Assembly: GCA_964016885.1 (NCBI GenBank)
Contig: OZ024741.1
Span: forward strand, 311,240,001-311,304,000
Reading direction: 5' to 3'
Source: Eledone cirrhosa
Taxonomy: Eukaryota
Length of the DNA stretch: 64,000 nucleotides
The notes under the pieces: generated by a model
The model's database searches: none
Told to the model about the DNA's origin: nothing
Seen by the model: the letters and a program-made list of their open reading frames with translations, nothing else
Translations under genes and position numbers: made by a program
Part shown: one piece after another, positions 51,931 through 64,000 of the stretch
Layout: every line of letters starts with the position of its first letter
Position numbering within the stretch: the stretch's first letter is position 1

Positions 51931-51934
51931 TACA

Positions 51935-54215
51935 AGTGTTCAAGGGAGATACACTTATACCAGAATGGTTGACATTACCACAAACAATACTGGTCGCCAA
52001 GAACAAATACACCCACCTGGCAAAAATCAACCGACCCATTGCATGCCAGACCCTGATGGATAAGGTGTATACAGCCTGCCTGAACCTATTCTTCCAAGAT
52101 GAAAATAATCACATCATCACAGATGAACAAGCAGCCGGAAAGAAATGGGTTTTGGGGTGTGTTGAACAATTCCTAAGCAACAAAACAGTGATGTAGGAGG
52201 TGCGACAACTTAGGAGGAATATGGCTACATTCTGGATGGACTACAGGAAAGCTTTCGATTCTGCTCCTTTTTCTTGGGCTACTATCCTAAAGTTAAAGAC
52301 AGAGAAGGAGGACTCTATTTTCACTGATAAAATAGAATATCACAGAGGTATATTTCAAGAAGACAGTCTGTCTGTGATATTATTTATTCTGTCATTAAAC
52401 CATTTGTCTTTTCTGCTCAAGATATGTGAAGGATACATCATTGGCTCACAGGACGACAGAAATGCGATCCTAACCAATAATTTCTTTGTGGATGGTCTGA
52501 AACTCTATGCCAAGAACATAGATGGAATGAAGAAAAATCTTGACCTGGTTACAACATTCTCAAAGGATATACGAATGGAGTTTGGTCAAGATAAATGTTC
52601 ATATATGACGGTAAAGTAGGGAAAAACAACAACCCAATATAGCAACATTGACATCAATGGCCTAACTGTTTCACCTATATCTGATGAGGACTGTTACAGA
52701 TACCTGGTGATAGATAAGAACATGTCATATAATGGCATCTGTAATAAGGTACTTGTAACCAGGGAATATTACACCCGATTAAGTAACATATGGTCATCGG
52801 AACTCTCTGCGCACAATAAAATAGTGGCTCACAATGTGTTTACTGTGCCTGTCCCAACACCAGCGTTTCGAATACTCAACTGGACAATAGACGAAATCCA
52901 AGCAATTGATGTTAGCACTCGAAAAATACTAAACAACACCGGAAACGTCCACATCAACAGTCACATAGACTGCCTTTACCTGAAACGTAAGCAGGGAGGC
53001 AGAGGCCTAACATCAGTCCAGACAGCATTTGAATGTCGCATCATATATCCCTCCGACAACACCTACTAACCTCAAAGCGTAGGAGCCCGTCTCTCGAGCA
53101 AGTCTATCTGTATGAAACAGATAAGATCATGAGAGTTGGGAAGGATCTCCTCGAAAGATATTTCCTGTCTGATAAGGAGAAACTTACACCCAGGGAAGTC
53201 GCTAAGCAGTATGGCAGTGAATCCATGGATGAAAAAGTGCATACTTATCAGCAGAAAATCATGCAAGGAAGCTGCAGAAGGAGAGTAATATAGATAAACA
53301 AAGTAGTCTATCTTGGACCAACAACCGCTATATTGGCTACCATTTTGAAGGATACGCTTTTGTAATCCAAGAACTGGAAATCAACACGAAAAGAGATAGG
53401 GATGCAGGCAAAAGACCTAGATGTGATAACAAGTACAGACTCTGCAGAATTAACATCGAAGATGTCACCCATCTCATAAGCAGCTGTCCAAAGAGGTCAT
53501 CGCGTTACTATCTACCTATGAGGCAGATGTAGTGGCCAAAGCACTGTACAATGCAATCAGTAGAAAAGATAACCTCGATAATAAACACAACAAAAGCTAC
53601 ACACAATGTGGACGACATACATATACATAATATGAAAGAGTACTTGTGGAATGTTCCTGTAAAAACCCCAGTAAAATGCAGGCACAACAGACCAGATATA
53701 ATGATATGGGACAGGGAAAAGTAGGCAGGCGCAGTAGGGAAAGTTAGTTGCTCAGCAGATGCCAATATAATATGAAAGATTAGAAAAAAGGAGAAATCTG
53801 CTAATACTCCACCCTGATTATACCTTCAGATATATGCCTGTGATTATTGGGACACTGGGATATGTTAGTAACTGCCTCAATACAAATCTTGAGAAGCTGG
53901 TCTTCACAGGAACAGAAAGAAAACAACTAGTTAGGAAATTACAAGTACAATCCATTAAAGGAACAATAAAAATATGTAAAACTTTCCAACAACATTGAAT
54001 CTAATAACTGCATACACGCCTGTATAGGTACAAAGCCTATAGACATGCACACACATACAATAACATCCATACTTACACATGCATGCAGACATGTATACAT
54101 ATTTACCTAGTTGATGTTGTGTAAATTGTCTAAAAGAGTCTTGTAACTATGTTAGAAACCGCCTCTCTCTCTCTATTGGCAAACATTTGTGAAATTATAA
54201 AACCAGAAGAACATA
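51935..54215 (+). mobile_element. 5'-truncated second copy of the same R4-like family, head-to-tail with the first
   Basis: DYRKAFDS, IFQEDSLS, FFVDGLKLY, HNRPDI; same 3' end aaaccagaagaacatacata. Confidence 0.9.
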
Positions 54216-54869
54216 CATATATATATATATATATCTAAACTATAATAAAGTATGGCTGCGGGACTGCGTACGGTTTATTTCTTTTCATCCTGTTAGTAAA
54301 ATAACTTGGATTACTTTGAATAAATAATGAATGAATATTACATAATTTATGTCCTAAAAACATAAATAATTTAAAATTGACTTCTTTTCAAATTTTCATT
54401 CACATTTCTACACTTTCTCTATAGCGTCGCCACCAACACTACTTCAACTACCATATATATAGAAAGAGAGAGTGTGTGATGAGAGAGATAGAGAGATTAT
54501 GATATTCTACACGCTGACGCATATGAGTGTGCACATACATACATCTATATGCATGAGTATATAACTATTGAGAGTATATAATTATAATCGCGCAAACACA
54601 AACTTATGAAAAATACACGCTCACATGCATTCACACAAATACACATGCATTCACACATACTTTCACACAAACATACATACATTTACACATATACATTTAC
54701 ACAAACACACACATACAATCATTATAGCAACGTTCGGTGAAATGGAAATGGGAGGGTAAAACCAGCATAACGTTTTATTTATTCATTAAAACTTTACTTA
54801 TTTATTAACTCTTTTTTTTTTAAAACTCATTTGATATAATGGTTACAGAACGAAAACACTAACAAATAC

Positions 54870-55220
54870 AATTTTTTCTACTTTTGGCAGTGTATTACTT
54901 TATCGACCCCGTAAGAATGAAAGGCAAAGTTAACCTCGGTGGGAATTAAACTCATATCGTAAAGGGCCGTAACTCTATGCTGCAAAGCGTGGCATCCGAC
55001 CATCTACCGATACTGCCAATCCACAACCCTTTTAATAATTGTTTCTACTTTTGGCACAAGGCCAGCAATTATCCCAGTGAATTACTGGTACTTTATTTTA
55101 TCGACCCCGTAAGGATGAAAGGCAAAGTTAACCTCGACGGAATTTGAACTGAGGCCGTAAAGGGATTAAACTATGCTGGAAAGCATGGCGTCCGACCCAC
55201 TACCGATACTGCCAATTCAA
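54870..55220 (-). mobile_element. Two tandem tRNA-derived SINE copies
   Basis: Minus strand A-box-like tggcagtatcgg and B-box-like gttcaaattcc, then the same body as 21740-21915. Confidence 0.8.
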
Positions 55221-55591
55221 TATAATATATACAAAGTAAAGGGAAAGGAAAAAAAGAAAGAGAAAAATTACGCATGCACGTAATACACACATCTTAGACC
55301 ACATAGAACAAAATGCAGGCGAAAGAGTGGGAAAAAATTAGCCGCTACCAGAGCAAAATATAGCATTATAGTGAGGAGCACTGGGAAACCACTCTAATAA
55401 TTTTTGAGGCAGGCCACCACGCTCGCACCGTTACCTGTGGTGATGGCGACTGAGGTGCTGGAACATACAAGTGCCCTCACGAGCATCACCAGTTAATTCT
55501 GTTTGACGAGCCGCCAGTGTGAGATACGAATCTCGCTGTCAGTAGCCAGACTTCCCCAAAGGTCTCTTAATTCAGCCTCCTGCATTCCATC

Positions 55592-56178
55592 GAGTGATGG
55601 AATGCAGGAGGCTGAATTAAGTCCAAGAATTGCAAAAGCTGATGCAGTAATGCGCCAGCTTCAACTTTCAGCAATCAGATGAAGGGGGTAGGTGTAAAAG
55701 CCAAACTTGGTGCCTTCCTGGTATTCCTGCCAACTCTTACTGAGGATCATGAATCTTGAGTAATGACCAAAAGAATAGAATTGCAAATAAAGGTGGCAGA
55801 AATGGGATTCCTCCGAAGGGTCTTTGGAGTAACGTTAGTCAATAAAGTGTATAGCTCAGAGACCAGAGAGTCACTCCTGGTAGAGCCGCTACCTCTCCGA
55901 ATTGAGAGAGCACAACTCCGATAATATGAGATTGTGATTAGAATGTCTCAGTAAAGAATCGCTGGACACATTTTACAGGCAAAACCAACCGGCAAGAGAC
56001 CCAGAGGTAGAACCTGAGCAAGATACATGGATAAGATCCCTGAGCTTGGCTGGTCACGCTTTGGGATCCAGCTGGATCGGTTAGAGATGTTTACTACTGA
56101 CAGCTTCGCTGGAAGGAGTGTTTGAGAAGGACTCTGCCCCCACGACCCTCTCAGAAATAAGTGGGTGAAGAAGAAGAT
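55592..56178 (+). mobile_element. 3' fragment of an RTE-BovB-like LINE
   Basis: SDGMQEAELSPRIAKADAVMRQL, VAEMGFLRRV, GKRPRGR; (GAA)n tail. Confidence 0.8.
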
Positions 56179-56820
56179 ATTTTCAATTTACCTTTCAATT
56201 TACGTATATCTATATGCACATATATTTGCGTATAATACCAATATGCACACTACACATGCTAGCAGAAAACCGCACGTGGGGCGGTTTTTCTGCTGGTTTA
56301 TATAATGTTAATATTAATATTATAAATATAATATTAATGGTATGCTGATTCACTGAATTATCTAAACTATCGGAAAAACTACGGTAATTTCCCCATAAAA
56401 CAAAACAGGCCGATAGTAAAAATATATCGCCATGTAATGCTGATACACAGAGGATTCGGAATGTTTAGGATTTTAAAATTACCGAGTATCAAATCACGGT
56501 GTGGTAGCATGTTGTTTACTAATAAAACAGTTCACTTATATCGTTTTGTTAACTGAACATAAAATTTTACAACTTGTACTTTCCTCACATGCATTTTTAT
56601 TTTACAACTATTTAGTACTTATTTTCATGTTTTATATTTTATGCAAATGAACAACGGCAAGCATATCTACGGCTGGAGAGATGGTAATGCCTTATTTTTG
56701 GTGTGTCGTCTCAATCGGCGTATATAGGCCTAAACCTGAATTACAAATCCGAATTTGATGGGTCGACCTATGCAGCGGGTCAACTTTTACACCGGCATAT
56801 ACGATATATATATATAAATG

Positions 56821-56865
<45 letters not shown>

Positions 56866-57400
56866 TATATATGTACATATGTGTGTGTGTGTGGGGGGGG
56901 GGGGGTATGTATGTGCGTGTGTGTGTGTGTGTGTGTGTGTATAGTAAGTACGTAACAATTTTATGATGATGTTCAACATATCATTAATTACATACAGATA
57001 TCAATGATACGATCTCATACCAAATTTTAAGATTAAGCTGGTCTTGTGATAAACAAATACACTTGCATATTTATTGAATATTATATCGATCCTCTATAAA
57101 ATATACATGGATTTTTATTTCAGTTAAAAGCAATGTTAAAAAATATTATGAAAGAAACAAACTATATTATACGTAAAATAACATTTATAATCTTTCCAAA
57201 TCTTATCATATTCTAACAGTTACAACGATATGTAATAACGACATTCTAACATTTAAATAAAAACACACATAAACACACACACATATATATATATATATAT
57301 AATATATAATATATAATGTATATATATAAATGCTTACATACACACATACAAACATACATACATACACACACACACACAAACACGTATGTATATATGTATG

Positions 57401-57524
<124 letters not shown>

Positions 57525-57935
57525 GACATAGAGAGAGAGATAATTAAAATGGTGGTTCTAACATAGCTTTATACATATGAGTATGTGTAGTTTGTATATC
57601 TAGCAATATGTGATATGTTTAGGTATAATAATAATAAATAAATATAGGGTTTAAATATCACGTTTAATGTAGACATAACTTCTACAGTACTAGAATTATT
57701 TCATTCAAAAGTAATCATCATAAAAGCCGATTACTGATGATTTCTTTGAAAGAAACTATTCTAGTACAGTAGAAGCAATTTATATATTAAACATCATATG
57801 TGCACACACACACACACATACACTCAGACACCACCCCTCCACCGCCACACACACAGACGCACACGCAGACACAATTATATATGTATTTCTGTGCGTGTGT
57901 GTGTGTATGTGTATAATAAAAAGTATATGATATAC

Positions 57936-58070
57936 CTTTTTGGCAACTCTCACCAATATAACCTGCAGCACATCCATCTGAACATCTTCCATCAATCATG
58001 TCACAGTTAGTATTGTCGAGACAATGGCATATCGAATTACAACCAAAACCAAACCTTCCGACTGGGCAAT
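57936..58070 (-). CDS. 135-bp phase 1-1 EGF-like exon
   Basis: ttttAG|..|GTatat; DCPVGRFGFGCNSICHCLDNTNCDMIDGRCSDGCAAGYIGESCQK. Confidence 0.88.
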
Positions 58071-58401
58071 CTAAAAATATCAATATATATGATAATGTTG
58101 AAGATATCATTAATTACATACAGATATCAATGATACAAGTTGACATCAAATTTTAAGATTGAAGTGGTCTTGTGTTAAACAAATGAACTTGTATATTTAT
58201 TGAATATTATTTCGATCCTCTATAAAATATATATGGAATTTTAGTTCAGTTAAATGCAATGTTTAAAACATTCTGAAACAAACAATATCATAAGTAAAAT
58301 AACATATATAATCCTTCCAAATCTTACCATATTCTACCAGTGACTACGATATGTAATTGCGAGATTCTTACATTTAAATAAACACACACAAACACACACT
58401 C

Positions 58402-58517
<116 letters not shown>

Positions 58518-58844
58518 GTATATATATATATATATATAATATATATACTGTATATGTATAAATGCATACATATACACATACACACACACACAAATACATA
58601 CATACATACCTACACACATACATACATACATACATACATACATACATACATACATACATACATACATACATACATACATACATGATGATGGATGCCCACT
58701 CGTTATCGAGTATGGCCATTGCACGAGATGAAAAAAAAAATAATAATAATAAATAAATAAAAAGAAAATAAAAATAAAAAAAAATAAAAAAAATAATAAT
58801 AATAAATAAATAAAATAATAATAATAAATTAAAAAAATAAAAAT

Positions 58845-59535
58845 GTTTTCTTTATTAACCACAAGGGTTTACATAAAGTAGACATTAAGGACAGTACAGG
58901 ACAATACAGGACGGTACAAATGGGCATTTCTGCGTGTAAAAAAAACAGAGGATGAAATAAAATAACAAAGAAAAATTCCCCAATAGTGGGGAGACTTCCG
59001 AGGGACATTTGTGGAGAAAGCCCATTAAAAGACCATAGTGGCCCTGACCACCAGTGCAAGTGCCCTCTCCCAGTTTTCCACCTTTAATTTACAGACACAT
59101 ACTCAGAGAAGGCCCATTCATTCGGGCCATACTTGATTCTCTCACACATCTTTCAACAAAATGCTGGGAAGAGAGCACTTCCCTCTCTACCCTGATTTTC
59201 CTTTTCAGATGAAATTTGAAAAAGTTAATCAGGGCATCACCGAAGAGGTAAGTGCTCGTCTTCAGCCCTTTCAAACGTGTCCACCATACTATCTCTTTCG
59301 CCATGGCCACCAGACAGATAAAAACTGCCTGCCCTTCCCGGCTAAAGGAAGAGGGCGGGGCAATCCTCACGATGGACTCAGCTGATAGTTGGATCCGTCC
59401 TACACGTGACAGCAGGTGTTCGACATAAACCCACAAGTCAGCAATGCTCGGACACTGGACGAGTGCGTGCAGGACGGTTTCGTCGCCCTGTGCGCATCTC
59501 GGACATGCCCGGCTGACGGCACCTCCATGCATGTA
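58845..59535 (-). mobile_element. 3' fragment of an L1/Tx1-clade LINE (CCHC zinc finger)
   Basis: CPRCAQGDETVLHALVQCP...W; AATAAA near the minus-strand end. Confidence 0.78.
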
Positions 59536-59541
59536 AAGGTA

Positions 59542-61046
59542 TAAATACTGATATACGAGAAATTAGATACCACTAAAAAATATAGAAAGCACGGAAAAGA
59601 GGCAGCCATCGGATAAGAAGGCAACTATCCGGCGTCTAACACATCTGCTATAAAAAGCGGAGTCGGCCAAATCTATCATAGAATAGGGGAAGGGGTGGGG
59701 GTACTGAGGCTACAAAGGACCGAGGGGCTGCCTCGGGTGGGCGAGAAAGTAAAAGGACGACGACAAAGAAAGAGGACTGGAGTGGAAGGACTAGGGTGGG
59801 ATGGGGGAAGAAGGAAATATAGAGGAAGCGATAAAAAGATATAAAAGAAGATCTTACGTCTACCTTTGCAAACAGAGGTTACCCATTACAAAATCGGCAA
59901 GTGGGGTGTTATAGCCCTAGTCTCCCCCCCCCCCCCCCCGGTCATTATGGGGTTTGAGGGCGAGGTAAGTACTACGAAATTTTGTTTACATGCAGTTACC
60001 AGTTCATCTCTCTTGTTTAGGAGTTGGTCCGTCGAAAACAACATTTGTAAAGTTTCCTCCGAGCATAAATTGCACGGAGGGCGTCCTCCCGTGTGTGTGT
60101 GGGAGGGGGGGGGGATTCTGAATTAATTTTCAGTATCAAATTTTACGTATACTTCGTACGAGCATTTATGTAGTTTGCACTAGAATTTTTGTATCGTGGC
60201 GGCACCCTTAGCGATACTATTAGTATTCTTTTTCGGGATTCTGAATTATTATTTCGTATTAGTTCATTTTTATTTGCACTGGGTGGTTGCTGGCCTTGTG
60301 CCTGGGTTAGAAATCTTTATTTCGTACCGGTCTCGGGACTCTGAATTATTATTTAGTGGTAGTTTCTTTAGACTTTTGGACACCCCACTTGTTGACACGT
60401 CACCGTAAGATATATTCGGTTGTTTACTTATACCTCTTAAAAGGGTCTCATTATAATTCCGTCCCACCTAGTAAACCTTTCTTTAGTCTAGCAGTACCAG
60501 TGAGAGACTTGATAGCTGTCCTTAGGTTATAGTAAACAGAAATTGTTTTTTTGTTTTTTTTAAATATTTAATTGTTTTTTAACACTCTCGGTATTTTTCT
60601 ATATATTTACCCCATATTGTTTTACTTATTGTTTTGACTTCCTTCCCCTCCCCCACCCTAGTATTTCTTTGACCTCCTGCCCAGCTGTAGTTGGGACTAT
60701 CAACGCACGACTGGGTTTCCTCCACCCGCTCTCCCTCTTTCTTCTACTGGCAGGTTCAGCTACCCCTTCCCTCCACAAATTGCCATGATAGAATTATTAT
60801 GTCTCAACAACAAATTTTTGACCCATCCTTGTGACAATCACTTTACCATATATGGAATTACCCCCTGAGAAGCTCGGCTATTCATATACCAGGATAAACA
60901 TTTTCATTTCGTCCAGAATTAGCCGTCGAAACGGCTTGACCTCAGCCGTCGGGGTCCTACTCGTTCCTATTACCCACTATACTACCCTAAGTATTGAGTA
61001 CTTCGGTTCGTTATGGTCCACCTGGTTCCTTACCACATTTCCTTCG

Positions 61047-61048
<2 letters not shown>
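59542..61048. mobile_element. Naiad pLTR copy with first ~550 bp inverted; HHR at 60860-60955 (+)
   Basis: 59542-60093 is the reverse complement of ~44472-45020; 60092-61048 matches 45030-45988. Confidence 0.9.
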
Positions 61049-61129
<81 letters not shown>

Positions 61130-61397
61130 CATACATATATATATATATACATATATGCATTTAGAAATATTTCATTCAAATGTAATAATCAGGAAAGCCG
61201 TTTCCAGATGATTAGTTTGGATGAAACTATTCTAGTCCTGTAGAAGTGATTTCTATATTTAACATCATATTTACACACACAAATACACACAGACACAGAC
61301 ACACGCAAACATATGTATATATATATATGTGTGTTTGCGTGTGTGTGTATGTGTTTGTGTGTGTGTGTAGTAAATACGTAACAAGTTTTTGATATAC

Positions 61398-61532
61398 CTT
61401 GTTATCAATTGTCACCAACATAACCTGCAGAACATCTATCTGACCATGTTCCATTTCGCTTGTCACAGTTACTATTGTTGAGACAATCGCATGTCGCTAT
61501 ACAATTAACACCAAAGTTTCATATTCGGCCTT
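61398..61532 (-). pseudogene. Duplicated pseudogenised EGF-like exon
   Basis: Same sequence and stops as 46327-46461. Confidence 0.85.
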
Positions 61533-61717
61533 CTGAAGTATATATAAGATTTCTATATGAAACATCATATTTACACACACACAAATGCATGCACGCACAC
61601 ACCCGCACTCACCCACAGCCACACCCACAGCCAGACACACAAACACACACACGCATATATATGTATGTGTTGCGTATATAGTAATTATTGTAATTACGTA
61701 ACAAGTTTATAATATAC

Positions 61718-61849
61718 CTTGGCAAGAGTCACCAATATAACCTGTAGAACATCCATCTGAACATGTTCCATTTCGCTTGTCACAGTTACTATTGTCGAGA
61801 CAATGACATGTCCTCTTACAACCTAGACCAAACATTCCTGCTGGGCATT
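61718..61849 (-). CDS. Duplicated 132-bp EGF-like exon
   Basis: Matches 46647-46778 with intact AG/GT. Confidence 0.88.
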
Positions 61850-62154
61850 CTGAAAATATCAATATATATGATAATGTTGAAGATATCATTAATTACATAC
61901 AAATATCAATGATACAATTTTATACCAAATTTTAAGATTAAAGTGATCTTGTGATAAACATATGAACTTGTTTACTTATTGAATATTATATAGATCCTCT
62001 ATAATATATACATGGATGTTTAATTCAATTAAATGCAATGTTAAACACATTATGCAAGACACAAACCATACCATAATAAAAATAATCATATCCTACAAAA
62101 TCTTACCATATTCTAACAGTTCCTACGATATGTATTTGCGACATTCTTCCATTT

Positions 62155-62250
<96 letters not shown>

Positions 62251-62259
62251 CACACACAT

Positions 62260-62303
<44 letters not shown>

Positions 62304-62380
62304 TATATATAATATAGTGTATATATATAATATACGATATAGTGTATATATATAAATGCATACACACATACATACATACA

Positions 62381-62950
62381 TGGTGGTGGCTGCCAACTCG
62401 GTTTCGAGTACGGCCACTACTTTATATCCATGTAGGAGAACCCCCACCGATGCGCTGAACGAGTGTGAGTTTTTAGTCCAGCCAGCGACTTGAAAATTCT
62501 GGTACAAACACTACACTTGTGACAATTATTGACACATAGTGCTGGTCCCATGTTACCATGCGACGACAAGTGCAGAGAGATCTCCAGATATAAAGCAATA
62601 TCTGTGTCGTAAAGCTTTTATAGTGAGCAAAGGCATTACACAAAGCCAGTCCCACTCTCTTAACCAAGATGATATTTACCAAAAAGAAGAACAAGTCAAC
62701 ATCATTGGATACCATCAGGGTTGCAGGTGTTATATCAGAGTTTTCCTTCTCCTAGAATTCTGCCTTGACAAAGGCTAAGGGGTCATCTCTCCCGATGATT
62801 TTGGATGGCCATTGACTCTTAAGAGCGACTTTGCCCTTTGACAGGTTTTGTTTCTAGTCCTGCAGGATGTCCAAAGTCACCCTCCTCACCAAGAAACCTT
62901 GGTGGGGTTGCCAGTTTAGTCGCCAACGACCCGACCATGAGATAGGTTGT
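62381..62950 (-). mobile_element. Duplicated short RTE-derived element
   Basis: Copy of 47297-47866. Confidence 0.6.
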
Positions 62951-63007
62951 ACATACATACATACATACATACATACATACATACATACATACATACATAC
63001 ATACATA

Positions 63008-64000
63008 CTTCAACATTTGCAAAAACTTCTTGCGATTCAAGGGATGAATATTTCTTTTCTTTTACAACCTTGCCACCAGGAAGGATGGCCGGGTAAAAAA
63101 AATCTACTCGAAATTAAGAGAAAGAGATAACTCATACATCAGTCAACGCGATCACTCGCATATTTTGGCGTGGGAGACTATTTATTAAATTTAAGATGAA
63201 TACTATCTCCGACAGTAATGCCACAACAACGGCCAGGTTGAATAACTGGTTATTCTTCTAACTATCCCTTCTGAAAACACATTTTATTCAAATTCATAGA
63301 GATATCCAACTAAATACATAATTCATTTTACAAGGATTTGCTACAAACAGCATGGCTGAACACAATATTAACAACAAAATTAAGCAATTATCGAAGATAA
63401 ATAACAAAGAAGGTAATCAAACTTTATTCAGTTGTAGCTACAGAAGAAACCGAAATTATAAATCATATTTCTCTTGGAGTTGTGAACTTAATAATGATTT
63501 ATTTAATTGTTATAAAATGGCAAAAAACAATCCCTCCATTGGCTATATGAATAGAATGAGACTACACTGGGACGAAATGCACCCAGAGCTAAATTATTTC
63601 ACAGCGAAACAATTAAGCCAACAAGCGACGTTTGTCGAACGTAAAAATAAGATAAATATTAATAATTGTATGTCCCCCACAACAAACATGGAAACAACAA
63701 CACGTGCTACAGATCGACATGCTACTAGCCCACCTAGCAGCCAGGTCGAACAGCGCCTTGAAACAACTATGCCTGTGAGAAACTTGACACCACCTGTACC
63801 ATCTAAGTCTACCTCGAATGCTGGGGAAAACACTATCGATAATAATAATAATTGAAGAAATAATAATAATAATCGGATAAATGTGACACAACGTATACCA
63901 CCCGAGTCTACCTCGACTGTTATGGAAAATACTATCGATAATGATAATCAAAAGTATAAACAATTGAAAATGTCCTTCAACGAAATCTTTCAGAGAGAAA
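63008..64000 (+). mobile_element. 5' part of duplicated R4-like retrotransposon
   Basis: Copy of 47895-48888. Confidence 0.9.

Noticed and set aside
56259-56296. GC hairpin resembling an intrinsic terminator
   Set aside because: Eukaryotic context; more likely an isolated Helitron-type terminus (ends CTAG on minus) with no supporting body.
56755-56805. Tc2/pogo-like terminal repeat (gggtcgacctat...cggcatatacg)
   Set aside because: No matching partner end or transposase remnant found in the window.

Overview
AT-rich, microsatellite-dense animal genomic DNA, not prokaryotic. The repeat types suggest a mollusc, probably an octopus (inference). Most of the window is nested transposable elements: several Penelope-like elements (Naiad-type and Neptune-type, one with an intact 646-aa RT + GIY-YIG ORF), RTE, CRE, R4-like and L1/Tx1 non-LTR remnants, a mariner, a hAT relic, two Helitron-like copies and tRNA-derived SINEs. 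The only host coding sequence I recognise is a set of symmetric phase-1 EGF-like exons on the minus strand (46-62 kb), which include live, pseudogenised and deleted units and a segmental duplication offset by about 15 kb. The most notable hidden layer is a dense set of type I hammerhead ribozymes (HHRs) from at least five families. These include a 310-nt tandem retrozyme-like unit with a covarying sister family, and a palindromic element with an outward-facing HHR in each arm. Element boundaries were read by eye and are approximate, and ribozyme activity is predicted from motifs only.
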